From Phycisphaerae bacterium (GTDB lineage: Bacteria > Planctomycetota > Phycisphaerae > UBA1845), in the NCBI GenBank assembly GCA_013360585.1, contig JABWBH010000004.1, forward strand, positions 49,422 through 113,421: a stretch of 64,000 bases of DNA. The letters run 5' to 3'. The notes below the pieces were generated by a model. That model was not told the origin of the DNA, did no database searches, and saw nothing but the letters and a program-made list of their open reading frames with translations. Shown here one piece after another: positions 9,344 to 19,129 of the stretch (position 1 is its first letter; each line of letters begins with the position of its first letter). A program made the translations under genes and the position numbers.

Positions 9344-11458
9344 ATGTTCAAGACGATCCGAATGTTGTTGCTTCTTCTGCCGGCGTGTGCGCTCACTGCC
9401 GGAGTTCGCGCCGACGATATCGCGACGCGCACACGCGACATCACCCTCGAGGACTACTTCACGATCAGCAACGTGCTGGACGCCGTGCTGTCCCCGGACG
9501 GCGAGCACGCGGTCTACGTCGAGACGCGCTGGGAGCCCCCGGCCGAACCGCGCAACGCCGATCTCTGGATCGTCAGTACGCGCACAAAAGAGGTCCGCCG
9601 GCTGACGTTCGAGCCGGGTTCGGACGCGTCGCCGCAGTGGAGCCCAGACTCGAAAGTGATCTACTTCGCCGCCGCACGGAAACGCGAGCCCGCCGAGGCA
9701 CCTTACAACGGGCGCCCCCAGGTCTGGCGCATCGGCGTCGAGGGCGGGGAGCCGCAACCGGTCACGCGGCTTCCCGAGGGCATCGGGCTTTTCCAGCTCT
9801 CGCGCGACGGCCGCACCCTGTATTACACCATCTCCGAGGGTTCCGTGGATGAACCGTGGAAGGCGCTGAAGGAGAAATACTCAGGTCTTCAATACGGGCA
9901 CGGCGTGGAGCGGTTCAGCGAACTCTGGAAGCTCGACCTGACGACGTGGCGCCGCGAGAGAATCCTCGCCCCGAAACGCGTCATTACGGCGCTGGCCGTC
10001 GCGCCCGACGAGCGACGCCTCGCGATGATCACCGCACCGGGGGAGCACATCATTCATAACGAGGGCGCGTCGCGCGTCGAGGTTTACGACGCCCGAACCC
10101 TTCAGACGAGCGTTCTTCCGGATGCGCCGTGGCGCGCCGAGGCACCCTCGCCTTACGGCTGGTTGATCGCGCCGGCGTGGGCGGACGACGGCGCGGCGCT
10201 CGCCTTCCGGATCGACTTCGACGGACACCCGGGGGAAATCTTCATCGCCCAGTTCGCCGACGACGGAACCGCGACGACGTGGAAGATGAAGCGACCGCGA
10301 GAAGTGTCGCTCGGTCACGAGCACCTGGAGTGGATGCCGGGACGCCGCGACCTGGTTTTTCTCGCGGAGGACCGGGCGCGCGAGCGCGTCTACTGCGTTC
10401 AGGATCTCCGGGACGGCGGACAGGGCGCGGCGCTGGTCCTGACGCCGGGCGACGTGTGCGTCGATCATTTCAACCTGGCCCGGTCCGCGGACCGCGCGCT
10501 GGTGGTGATGAACACGCTGACGCACCCGCAGGATCTGTTTCTCGTCTCGGGTTCGGGCGACGCGACGAAGTTCGACCGGTTGACGCGACTGAACCCCCAG
10601 GTGGACACCTGGAAGCTGCCGCGCATCGAGCTGGTCCGCTGGACCGCGCCGGACGGGACCGAGGTCGAGGGCGTCCTCGAGCTTCCGCCGGATTACAAGG
10701 AGGGGCAGCGCCTTCCGATGGTCGTCGAGATTCACGGCGGACCGACGGCGTCGGTGCATTACATGTTCCAGTTCTGGATTTACGGGCGGACGCTGCTGCC
10801 GGCGCGGGGGTGGGCGCTTTTCGCGCCGAACTACCGCGGCTCGACCGGCTACGGCGACAAGTTCCTCACCGACCTGATCGGACGCGAGAACGACGTCGAG
10901 GTGCAGGACATCCTCAGCGGCGTGGACGCGATGATCGAGCGCGGCGTGGCGGACCCCCAGCGCCTCGCCGTGATGGGCTGGAGCAACGGGGGATACCTGA
11001 CGAACTGCATCATCACGCGGACCGACCGGTTCAAGGCCGCCTCCAGCGGGGCGGGCATCTTCGACGTCGTGCTGCAGTGGATCGCCGAGGACACCCCCGG
11101 ACACGTCATCAACTTCATGCAGGGCTTCCCCTGGAATCAGGCCGACGTCATGCGTCGCTGCTCACCGCTGTACCTGGCGGATAAGATCCGAACGCCGACC
11201 CTCGTTCACGTCGGCGAGAACGACGAGCGCTGTCCGCCGGAGCACAGCCGCGGACTGCACCGGGCGTTGCACCAGTATCTGAAAGTTCCCTGTGAATTGA
11301 TCGTGTATCCGGGCGAACCGCACGGGCTGACCAGGTACACGCACCGCAAGGCCAAGATGGAGTGGGACATCGCCTGGCTGGATCATTACGTCCTTGAGGC
11401 GTCGAGCGAAGACGCCGCGCCTTCGCCCGCCGGTCCGATCGGTCTGCGTTCGCCCTGA
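9344..11458 (+). CDS. S9 family serine peptidase (prolyl oligopeptidase / dipeptidyl aminopeptidase type) with an N-terminal beta-propeller
   Basis: The catalytic elbow is VMGWSNGGYL, with a C-terminal D...H region (VGENDERCP ... GEPHGL). PD40-like repeats include SPQWSPDSKVIYF. ATG at 9344 follows AGAGGAG, and the signal peptide is MFKTIRMLLLLLPACALTAGVRA. The track ORF start at 8714 is too far upstream. Confidence 0.9.
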   Translation: MFKTIRMLLLLLPACALTAGVRADDIATRTRDITLEDYFTISNVLDAVLSPDGEHAVYVETRWEPPAEPRNADLWIVSTRTKEVRRLTFEPGSDASPQWSPDSKVIYFAAARKREPAEAPYNGRPQVWRIGVEGGEPQPVTRLPEGIGLFQLSRDGRTLYYTISEGSVDEPWKALKEKYSGLQYGHGVERFSELWKLDLTTWRRERILAPKRVITALAVAPDERRLAMITAPGEHIIHNEGASRVEVYDARTLQTSVLPDAPWRAEAPSPYGWLIAPAWADDGAALAFRIDFDGHPGEIFIAQFADDGTATTWKMKRPREVSLGHEHLEWMPGRRDLVFLAEDRARERVYCVQDLRDGGQGAALVLTPGDVCVDHFNLARSADRALVVMNTLTHPQDLFLVSGSGDATKFDRLTRLNPQVDTWKLPRIELVRWTAPDGTEVEGVLELPPDYKEGQRLPMVVEIHGGPTASVHYMFQFWIYGRTLLPARGWALFAPNYRGSTGYGDKFLTDLIGRENDVEVQDILSGVDAMIERGVADPQRLAVMGWSNGGYLTNCIITRTDRFKAASSGAGIFDVVLQWIAEDTPGHVINFMQGFPWNQADVMRRCSPLYLADKIRTPTLVHVGENDERCPPEHSRGLHRALHQYLKVPCELIVYPGEPHGLTRYTHRKAKMEWDIAWLDHYVLEASSEDAAPSPAGPIGLRSP

Positions 11459-11583
11459 GCGCCGCGGCGGTCCTTCCGCAAACCGACGACGGAAAGGTGA
11501 CGGCGGAGTGATCGAGCGCGGACTCGTGGATTCAGAACCTGCGGGAGGTCTGAAGAACCGGCTTCCTGACGGGCGCGGCTCGG

Positions 11584-11612
11584 AAAAAAACCGGCGCCGC
11601 GGACCCGCGCGG
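11584..11612 (-). terminator. Putative intrinsic terminator downstream of the recombinase gene
   Basis: Read on the minus strand, a GC-only hairpin (CCGCG-6 nt-CGCGG) is followed by CGCCGG and T7. On the plus strand the run appears as A7 at 11584-11590. Confidence 0.45.
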
Positions 11613-11678
11613 ACTCAACTCCGCAGTTCGCGCCCCACGCGCGAGCGTTCGCCCGTTACGACCGCGCGGGTTCGTTCA

Positions 11679-12698
11679 TCATGACCGCGGGTGCGCCTCG
11701 TCGTAGGCCGACTTGAGGCGCTGGGCGGTCAGGTGGGTGTAGATCTGCGTCGTGGACAGCGACCGGTGTCCGAGCATCTCCTGCACGCTGCGCAGGTCCG
11801 CGCCGTTCTCCAGCATGTGCGTGGCGAAGCTGTGGCGCAGGGTGTGCGGACTGATCGACGGGTCCAGACCGCATTCGAGCAGGTACTTGTCCAGCTTGCG
11901 ACGGACGCTGCGTGTGCTGAGGCGCTGTCCGTGCTTGTTGACGAAGAGCGCTTCGGCGTGGAACGTCGCGGAGCGCGGGTCGGCGTCGCGCAATCCGGTG
12001 TACTTCTTGAGCGCCGCCAGCGCCGTCTGTCCGATCGGCGTGATGCGCTGCTTCTTCCCCTTGCCCCGGACGCGCACGGCCTGGTTGGTGAAGTCCACGT
12101 CGTTGCGGTTGAGGTCCACCAGTTCGCTGACGCGCAGTCCGGTCGAGTACACGACCTCGAGCATCGCGCGGTCGCGCGCGCCCAGCAGCGTGCCGTCGTC
12201 GGGCGTGGACAGGAGCGTGTTGATCTGCTCGACCGTGAGGCACTTCGGCAGGCGTTTCTCCTGCTTCGGCGTGCGGATCGTGGCGAGCGGATGCGTCTCG
12301 ACGTATCCACGGCGCATGCAGAACTTGTAAAAGCTGCGCAGCGTGGCGAGCTTCCGCGCGGTGGTGGACTTCGAGTAGCTCTGCGTCCCGAGGAACGCGA
12401 GGAACGTCTTGACCCGCTCGGCGTCGATGCTCAGCAGTCGCGCCGGACCGGCAGCGTCAGCGAGGGCGACGCTCGGACCGCTGGTGGCGGGGGCGGCGGA
12501 ACCGGCGCCGGCGTCCGCGCGCCCGGCGACCGCGGGCCGGGTGAAGTTCTGACGTCCCGTGGCGGCCTCCATGTCGCCGTGGATGTAAGCGCAGAACTGG
12601 TACAGGTCCGCGGCGTAGCACTTCGCCGTATGAGGGGAGAAGTGGCGCTCGAACTTGAGGTAATTCAGGAACTCGTCAATCAAGGCGATGTCTTTCAT
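11679..12698 (-). CDS. XerC/XerD-family tyrosine site-specific recombinase
   Basis: N-terminal SAM-like domain: FLNYLKFERHFSPHTAKCYAADLYQF. Catalytic region: GLRVSELVDL ... LRHSFATHMLENGADLRSVQEMLGHRSLSTTQIYTHL (R..HxxR..Y). ATG is at 12698. There is an Ala/Gly-rich insertion of about 45 aa after the first helices. Confidence 0.9.
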   Translation of the reverse strand: MKDIALIDEFLNYLKFERHFSPHTAKCYAADLYQFCAYIHGDMEAATGRQNFTRPAVAGRADAGAGSAAPATSGPSVALADAAGPARLLSIDAERVKTFLAFLGTQSYSKSTTARKLATLRSFYKFCMRRGYVETHPLATIRTPKQEKRLPKCLTVEQINTLLSTPDDGTLLGARDRAMLEVVYSTGLRVSELVDLNRNDVDFTNQAVRVRGKGKKQRITPIGQTALAALKKYTGLRDADPRSATFHAEALFVNKHGQRLSTRSVRRKLDKYLLECGLDPSISPHTLRHSFATHMLENGADLRSVQEMLGHRSLSTTQIYTHLTAQRLKSAYDEAHPRS

Positions 12699-12786
12699 AA
12701 CGCGCACACACCGTCGGCGAATGCACCTTGACGTACCCGGTCCGGGTCAGGGAACCGGGGGGCTTTCCGCACGCCCGTCCAAAACC

Positions 12787-12993
12787 TCATTGGACGACTT
12801 GATCGAGCTCCGTCTCCAAACGTCGACCCATCTGATACGAAAGCACCGCGGCGTCGAACCAGTCGAAGTCGCTCTCCCGCGAACCCGCAAGCCGCGTGAA
12901 CGCGTCCACGACCTCAACCTCACGACCGGCCGGATATCGAAAGATGAAGCGCTGAGATCCCTTGACCAATGATAATTGCCGGATCACATTCAT
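12787..12993 (-). CDS. Small hypothetical protein (68 aa)
   Basis: ATG at 12993 gives MNVIRQLSLVKGSQRFIFRYPAGREVEVVDAFTRLAGS..., which has a balanced composition. It lies between the lipoprotein gene and the recombinase gene on the same strand. I recognise no family. Confidence 0.4.
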   Translation of the reverse strand: MNVIRQLSLVKGSQRFIFRYPAGREVEVVDAFTRLAGSRESDFDWFDAAVLSYQMGRRLETELDQVVQ

Positions 12994-13154
12994 GCCACGC
13001 GCCTCATCCCTGATCCCCGCCGCAGGCTTCGGCGCGACCGGTTCAATACCGTCCGCCCTTCGCCTTCCCGCAGCCCAGGCCTTTTCTTTCAGCCTGCATC
13101 CCGCCGGCGCGCCCATCCCGTGGACCGCCGGTTCAACGTTCATGTCCCCTCTCC

Positions 13155-13937
13155 TCATCGCTTCGCCACGCGATCCGCCGGCTTCCCCGCGTCCGCGTCT
13201 TTTCCCACGGCATCGTCCGACGCCTCGCCGAACAGGCTTCGCAGCGTCGCGTGGCAGCAGTACTGCAGGTACCGCCGCTGGCTGACCAGGTACCAGCGGT
13301 GTCCGTAAGGGTTCTTCCCCGCGTTGCGCCGCGCCGCGAACGTCTTCACGTCCGCCAGCACGTCTTCGCGCGACGCATCGAACACCGCCGACGCCTCCGC
13401 CAGCACGCCCCGCATCGGCCCGGACGACGGCGATCCGCCTTCGCCAGGCGACCCCGCCAAAGCAACCGGATCCAACATTCCCCCGCCGTCCGGCAACTCG
13501 CCGATCAACTGCGCCGAAACCCCGACCCGCGGCGGGTCATACGGGTTGTACGCGGTGATCGCGAACACCAGTACGGCATCAGCCCCCGTCAGGCTCGCAA
13601 GCTCCAGCGCCTGCCCGACGCCTTCCACCTGCGCCCACCCGCGTTCCTGCATCACGCCGATCACGCGGCTCACCGGAATCACTCGCACCCCGCCGACCTG
13701 CGTCAGCTCCGCCGCCATCTCGTCGGCTGCGTGCTCGACATCCACGTCCGGCGACCCGCTGTGATTCAGCGCCGGCGCGACCGCGATCGTCAGCGGACCG
13801 AGCCGCTCACTCGTGATCCGAACCGGGGCCGTCGCCCTCTGCGTGCATCCTGCACCGCCGCAAAGCGCCAGAAGCAGTCCGACCGCCCCTGTGCGCCCCG
13901 CAGCGAATCCTCCCTGATTCCCCGAAATCATCGACAT
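13155..13937 (-). CDS. Lipoprotein, possibly DUF799/LpoB-like
   Basis: ATG at 13937 gives a signal with lipobox LLLALCGGAGC. The pattern IAVAPALNHSG...VIPVSRV...ADAVLVFAITAYNPYD resembles small periplasmic lipoprotein families. The family assignment is from memory only. Confidence 0.6.
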   Translation of the reverse strand: MSMISGNQGGFAAGRTGAVGLLLALCGGAGCTQRATAPVRITSERLGPLTIAVAPALNHSGSPDVDVEHAADEMAAELTQVGGVRVIPVSRVIGVMQERGWAQVEGVGQALELASLTGADAVLVFAITAYNPYDPPRVGVSAQLIGELPDGGGMLDPVALAGSPGEGGSPSSGPMRGVLAEASAVFDASREDVLADVKTFAARRNAGKNPYGHRWYLVSQRRYLQYCCHATLRSLFGEASDDAVGKDADAGKPADRVAKR

Positions 13938-13972
13938 TCCAACGGCGCTCCTGAAGATGCCTTTAAGTCCGC

Positions 13973-15112
13973 TCACGGCGAAGCGTCGATAACTGCGTCG
14001 CCCGTCGCGTCCGACCCGCTTTCGATCGCCGTAAGCCGCGAATCCGCCGTCTCTCCCGGCGTCCACGGCAGCGACCAGATGTTCTGATTCCCCTCCCGGT
14101 CCGCCACGAAATACACCCGCCCGTCGGCGCTGAAGACCGGACTCTGATGAGACCCCTGTCCGTCCGTCAGTTTCCGGCGAGAACGTCCGTCCAGACCGAC
14201 AATCCAGATGTCCGAGGAGAAGGAAACCGAGGTTTCAGTGGAATCCGGCGCGGCAGGTCCGATCGTGGTGAACGCGATGTGCGTTCCGTCCGGGTGCCAA
14301 TTCGGCGCGATCATCGCGAACCGCGAGGAGGCCGCGATCTCGGTCGGGTGCTTCGGCTCGCCGTCCACCAGCGTCAGCGTCCAGATCGAGAACCAGCGGC
14401 TTCCACGCTGACGTGCCCTTTGATACAGAATCACGTCCCCCGCCGGCGACCACTCGGGAAACAACCCGTATCCGATGAACTGAGACGTTCCGCCTTCCCG
14501 CGCCCCCGTGATCCACAACTCCCACTGATTTTTCCCGGGAGGAAGCGCGCAATACACCAGCCGCAACCCGTCCGGCGACCACGACGGGTGGACTTCGTCA
14601 CCCGGTCCTGAGGTGACCTGGATCGGCGACGCGCCGTCCACCTCCATCACCCACAGATCCCAGTTCCCGGAACGATCGCTGGCGAAGGCGATGTAGCGAC
14701 CGTCGGGACTGAACGCCGGCTGAACCTCGGAGGACGGATCGCTGGTCAGTTGCGTCACCGCTACGCCGTCCACGGATTGCAGATACAGGTCCGGATTCAG
14801 GTGATGGCGCGTCGAGGCGAAGACGAGTCGCTGTCCCGCGGCGTCCAGGTCCGGATCGAAATCCGCGCCTTCCTCCGAAAACGTGTGACGGCGCAGCGCC
14901 GTCTGCGCAAAAGAGGCGTATGCGTCGTTCGCCCGGTCGGGCAGGTCGCCGAAAAGGCTGATCGGCGCCGCATCCGACACCAGCCGGGCATGACTTTGCT
15001 CCGCGCCCGCGGCGGGCGACGGACGATCGTCCGATCGACAGGCGCCTCCCACAAGGATAATCCCGCACGCGGTGAGAAGGATGAACCGAGGCTCGGTAGC
15101 GCTATGACACAT
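13973..15112 (-). CDS. TolB-like WD40/PD40 beta-propeller lipoprotein
   Basis: Repeated PD40 motifs: PAFSPDGRYIAFASDRSGNWDLWVMEVDG, PSWSPDGLRLVY, PEWSPAGDVILY, PNWHPDGTHIAF, PVFSADGRVYFVADREGNQNIW. ATG at 15112 gives the lipobox ILVGGAC. Confidence 0.8.
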   Translation of the reverse strand: MCHSATEPRFILLTACGIILVGGACRSDDRPSPAAGAEQSHARLVSDAAPISLFGDLPDRANDAYASFAQTALRRHTFSEEGADFDPDLDAAGQRLVFASTRHHLNPDLYLQSVDGVAVTQLTSDPSSEVQPAFSPDGRYIAFASDRSGNWDLWVMEVDGASPIQVTSGPGDEVHPSWSPDGLRLVYCALPPGKNQWELWITGAREGGTSQFIGYGLFPEWSPAGDVILYQRARQRGSRWFSIWTLTLVDGEPKHPTEIAASSRFAMIAPNWHPDGTHIAFTTIGPAAPDSTETSVSFSSDIWIVGLDGRSRRKLTDGQGSHQSPVFSADGRVYFVADREGNQNIWSLPWTPGETADSRLTAIESGSDATGDAVIDASP

Positions 15113-15406
15113 GAGGTCAATCTCTTGGTCGGTCGGCGCGCAACGCCTCGGCCCGGCTTCGGTGCATCCCGCGGTCGTATCCGCGGGGCCGGGCGGACCG
15201 ACGCCCGCGCGCAACGCTCCCTCGCTCATCGGAATCGCTCGTTGGACGATGCAGTTGACCGTCTTCTCGCCGCTGTCCGATAACCACCGTTTATCGGCCG
15301 GACGCAGGTGGCGACTTCAAAACGGGCGCAGGCCGTTTCGGCGCGTTCGAGACACGGAAAACAGGGGCTGGCCGCAGCGCCCGGGGCGCGGTTTCGATTC
15401 AAGAGG

Positions 15407-16117
15407 TTACGCCGGTGACGCGGGAGGGGCGCTGACCGGGTTGTCGGCGACGAGAAACGCCAGGTCGGCGCCCTCGAATTCGCGGCCCAGATCCTCGACG
15501 AACCGGTCAAAGACGCGCATGCGCTCCTCCGCCAGGCGCTGCACGTCCTCGAAGAAAAACGTCGTGCGCCGCGCCGGAAGATACTCGTAGGCCTTCCAGG
15601 TCCGCCACCGAAGGATCAGGTCGCCCGGTCCCTGACCGGTGGAGACCGACTGTCGGATCAGCGGCCAGAGCGTCAGCAGCCCCAGTTGATAGAGGTTGTC
15701 CGCATCGCGGATGATCTGCGACTCGACCCGACGACACTCCCGCTTTCCGGTTTCGCGGATCACCTCGGCCGCCGCGTTAAGGACGCCGGGTTCGAGCAAG
15801 CCCTGGAGGCGATCCAGCGCCACTTCCGCGCTGCGATCGCGGGTGGCGCCGTCGCCCGCCCGGGTGATGCAATCCACGTCGACGAACCCCGCGCCGTGCT
15901 GGTCGATCGCGTAGGCCGCGTCGTGGTAAAGCGACGCAACGGTAAGGATCACCAGGTCCGGGTTCCGCTGCGATGCTGCGGGCAACGCCGCCACGCGCTG
16001 ACTCGCACGGGTTACGGATACCGTGTGCTCCCAGAGCAGACGATCCTGCCCCCCCCGGGCATTCGGTATGACCAGGTCTGCTTCGGCTTTCGCCCAGATC
16101 GCCGCGATTGCATCCAT
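15407..16117 (-). CDS. HD-domain protein (putative metal-dependent phosphohydrolase)
   Basis: H...HD pattern: LLWEHTVSVTRAS ... VASLYHDAAYAI ... IRDADNLYQLG. Confidence 0.6.
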   Translation of the reverse strand: MDAIAAIWAKAEADLVIPNARGGQDRLLWEHTVSVTRASQRVAALPAASQRNPDLVILTVASLYHDAAYAIDQHGAGFVDVDCITRAGDGATRDRSAEVALDRLQGLLEPGVLNAAAEVIRETGKRECRRVESQIIRDADNLYQLGLLTLWPLIRQSVSTGQGPGDLILRWRTWKAYEYLPARRTTFFFEDVQRLAEERMRVFDRFVEDLGREFEGADLAFLVADNPVSAPPASPA

Positions 16118-16639
16118 GTTCGGTGAGGCTCCGCCGGCGTCGGGCGCGCGTCAGCCGGATGCAAGCGCACCCGAAGCCCCGCGCTCCCGCGGAAACGCAA
16201 TCTTCAGGCGGGCGGACGGGAGGTCCGCAGTCGTGCTCAAAGACGGCGCGGACGGCGCATACAAACCGCCCCCGTCAGGCGCAGCGCGCTGACGCAGGTC
16301 GGGGTATGCGACCCCCGCCGCAGACGACCACGTTCACGGAAACCGTACCGGTTGACGGAGTCGACTCCGGGACGATCTCTGCCTCCCCTTCGGAGTTCAG
16401 GGCAAGGAGCGCATTGCCGCCCCTGATGACGCCGCCACGGAAGCGGCCCGCCTCGGTCACCTTCCGTGTTTGAAACCCGAAGCCCTTTCCAACAAGATAC
16501 CGTCGCGCGGTCCGCCGGACAAGCATTTTCTGTCCGTGGGACCGGACCCCGGACGGCGAACCGCGCAACCAGGACGACGGCGCGCACTCGGACGCGCCGC
16601 TGCACGAGGCCCCCGCGTCGCATCAGCGAGAGGTTTGGG

Positions 16640-17842
16640 ATGTCCAACGTAGGCGTGACTGGAACGTTCGAGGCGCTCGAGCGAGGCGGCGGGTTTCTTC
16701 GCCAACCGGCGCAGAATTACGCCGTCCGCCCCGGCGACCCGTTCATCGCCGCGGACCTCGCCCGCAAGTTCAATCTCCGCGGTGGCGAGACCGTCTCCGG
16801 AACGGTGAGCGCCGATACCGGAAAGATCGCGCCGCCCCCCAGACCGAAGCACGGCGGACAGAGGAATCGCCGCGACGGACGACAGCGCGACTCCGGTCCG
16901 CCCTCCGGAACGCCCCGCCTCACCCAGATCGACGCCATCAACGATCGCCCCCCCGATCAGAACATCGAGCTTCGCCCGTTTGAGGAATTGACCCCGATCG
17001 ACCCGCGCGAACGCATCCGTTTTGAAGTGCCCGGAGGATCCCCGTCGATGCGCGTCGTGGACCTGATGACCCCGATCGGGTTCGGGCAGCGCGGGCTGAT
17101 CGTCGCCCCGCCGCGCACCGGAAAAACCATCCTCCTCCAGCAGTTCGCCCACGGCATTGCCGTCAACCATCCCGACGCCTACATGATGGTCCTGCTGATC
17201 GACGAGCGTCCGGAGGAGGTCACCGACATGCGCCGCAACGTCCGCGGCGAGGTCATCGCCAGCAGCAACGACCGCGACGTCGCCAGCCACGTCCGCATCG
17301 CCAAGCTCATCATCGACAAGGCCCGTCGTCTCGCCGAACTCGGGAGGAACGTCGTCATCCTGCTGGACTCGATCACGCGGCTCGGTCGGGCGTTCAACGC
17401 CTCGATGTCCGGCGGCGGGCGGACGATGTCCGGCGGAATCGACATCCGCGCCCTCGCGGAACCGAAAGCCATCTTCGGCGCCGCCCGCAACATCGAAAAC
17501 GGCGGATCGCTCACCATCATGGCGACCGCGCTGATCGACACCGGCAGCCGGATGGACGAGGTCATCTTCAACGAGTTCAAAGGCACGGGGAACATGGAGA
17601 TCATGCTCAGCCGGGAGCTGGCCAACCGCCGCGTCTTCCCCACGATCGACCTGAACCAGTCGGGCACGCGCAAGGAGGAGCTGCTGCTGTCGCCGCAGGA
17701 GTTGGCCGTCTCGCGGCACATCCGGCGGACGCTGCTGGACCGCGGACTGGAGCAGTCGATGACCCTGCTGCTCGGATCGCTTCAGAAGTTCCCCGACAAC
17801 GCCGCGTTCGTGGCGAGCTTCAACACCGCGTCGCTGCGCTAG
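16640..17842 (+). CDS. rho: Transcription termination factor Rho (short N-terminus)
   Basis: Walker A: GQRGLIVAPPRTGKTILLQ. Also LLIDERPEEVTDM, ILLDSITRLGRAFN, GGSLTIMATALIDTGSRMDEVIFNEFKGTGNMEI and RRVFPTIDLNQSGTRKEELL. ATG at 16640 starts directly in the CSD-like GGGFLR region. Confidence 0.92.
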   Translation: MSNVGVTGTFEALERGGGFLRQPAQNYAVRPGDPFIAADLARKFNLRGGETVSGTVSADTGKIAPPPRPKHGGQRNRRDGRQRDSGPPSGTPRLTQIDAINDRPPDQNIELRPFEELTPIDPRERIRFEVPGGSPSMRVVDLMTPIGFGQRGLIVAPPRTGKTILLQQFAHGIAVNHPDAYMMVLLIDERPEEVTDMRRNVRGEVIASSNDRDVASHVRIAKLIIDKARRLAELGRNVVILLDSITRLGRAFNASMSGGGRTMSGGIDIRALAEPKAIFGAARNIENGGSLTIMATALIDTGSRMDEVIFNEFKGTGNMEIMLSRELANRRVFPTIDLNQSGTRKEELLLSPQELAVSRHIRRTLLDRGLEQSMTLLLGSLQKFPDNAAFVASFNTASLR

Positions 17843-17857
17843 GCGGTCCAGTCCGTT

Positions 17858-18079
17858 TCAACGTCGGGCATCCCACGACGGATCGCAGACCTCCGGTCCG
17901 CCTCCTCCCGCGCGCATAAGCTGGCATGCAATATTGAACCGCCGGGGTCCGGCAAGAAAACGCTCCTCTATCGGCGTTTGCCTCGCCGCACGGACCTTGT
18001 CCGCGTAAAGCGCGTCAACGAGTTCCTTCGTCGGCTCCACGGCTTCGCCCCTTCCAGCCGGCGCCGGATCGCCCGTCAC
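17858..18079 (-). CDS. Small hypothetical protein (73 aa), weak call
   Basis: This is the only ORF in the rho-tsf gap and is on the same strand as tsf. The sequence EAVEPTKELVDALYADKVRAARQTPIEERF looks protein-like. I recognise no family. Confidence 0.3.
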   Translation of the reverse strand: MTGDPAPAGRGEAVEPTKELVDALYADKVRAARQTPIEERFLAGPRRFNIACQLMRAGGGGPEVCDPSWDARR

Positions 18080-18155
18080 GGATACGGTCCGGGCGTCCGC
18101 GCCAAAGTGGACGGCGACTGCGCGTCGGATTCCCGCGGTACCTTTGAATGCCGCG

Positions 18156-18986
18156 TCATCCGCCGACGCGCATGAGCACCAGGTCGGTGACGACCGTGAC
18201 GCCGGCCTCCTTGAGCACCTCGCGGACGGTCTTCTTGCCGTAAACGTCCGCCCGGGCGTGCTCCTGCTCCATCAGAACCTTTTCCTTCAGGTACGCGGCG
18301 ACGCGCCCCTCGGCGATCTTCTCCACGATCTGCGGCGGCTTGCCCTCCGCCTGCGCGGTTTCCTTCGCCAGCGTCCGGACCTTCTCGACCTCGTCGGCCG
18401 GGACGGCGTCCTTCTCGATGGCGATCGGTTTGGCGAAAACCGCGTGCATGCACAGGTCCGCGGCGACGGCTTCGCTTTTCGGAACGGCGTTGAGCGCGAT
18501 CATCACGCCGCTCTTGCCGTCGTGGTGAACGTAGTGGGTCAGGCACTCGCCCTTGAGGCGGCGCGCCTGACGCAGGTTCATCGTCTCTCGCAGCTTCCCG
18601 AACGTCTCGACGAACTTCTTGTCCATCTCCGGGTCCGCACGAAGCGCCGCCACGTCCGGCGTCGCGGACGACGCCTGCGACGCCTTGCGGGCGAAGGTGT
18701 TGGCCAGTTCGATGAAAAGCTCGTTCTTGGCGACCGGAGCCGTCTCGCACTGAAGCTCGACGATGCCGCCGGACTTGCGGTCCGGGCTGATGAAGATGCC
18801 GATGCGCCCTTCGCCGGTGGCGCGGTCGGAGCGATCCTCGAGCTTGCCCTTGTGCTTCTTGCGCAGCCACTCCTTGGCGGCTTCGAAGTCGCCGTTGTTC
18901 TCGCTTAAGGCCTGCTTGCACTCCATCATCGGAAGACCCGTCGTCTCCCGCAGTTGCTTCACCAGTTCGGCGGTAATCGCAGCCAT
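18156..18986 (-). CDS. tsf: Translation elongation factor Ts
   Basis: MAAITAELVKQLRETTGLPMMECKQALSENNGDFEAAKEWLRKK is the UBA-like EF-Ts N-terminus. ATG at 18986 follows GGAGAG. Confidence 0.95.
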   Translation of the reverse strand: MAAITAELVKQLRETTGLPMMECKQALSENNGDFEAAKEWLRKKHKGKLEDRSDRATGEGRIGIFISPDRKSGGIVELQCETAPVAKNELFIELANTFARKASQASSATPDVAALRADPEMDKKFVETFGKLRETMNLRQARRLKGECLTHYVHHDGKSGVMIALNAVPKSEAVAADLCMHAVFAKPIAIEKDAVPADEVEKVRTLAKETAQAEGKPPQIVEKIAEGRVAAYLKEKVLMEQEHARADVYGKKTVREVLKEAGVTVVTDLVLMRVGG

Positions 18987-19129
18987 GTCAGTAAGACTCT
19001 CCAGTTTGCCTCGCACGGTGCGAAGAACGCTCCGGCGGTGACGGTCCGTCGGACCGCGAACACAAATCCAACGCCCGCGACGGCGGAGCCCGCCCCCCGA
19101 GCGAGACGTTCCTTATTTCCCAGACAAAG

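Noticed and set aside
11679-12698. Tyrosine recombinase as the integrase of a mobile element or prophage
   Set aside because: Its N-terminal SAM-like domain and catalytic motifs fit chromosomal XerC/XerD. There are no flanking direct repeats, phage or transposon genes, or adjacent tRNA, and the neighbouring genes have host-like composition.
16466-16639. N-terminal extension of Rho from the ORF-track start
   Set aside because: The extra 58 aa (RGTGPRTANRATRTTARTRTRRCTRPPRR) are low-complexity Arg/Thr and do not resemble Rho's helix bundle. ATG 16640 is preferred, though a basic extension cannot be fully excluded.
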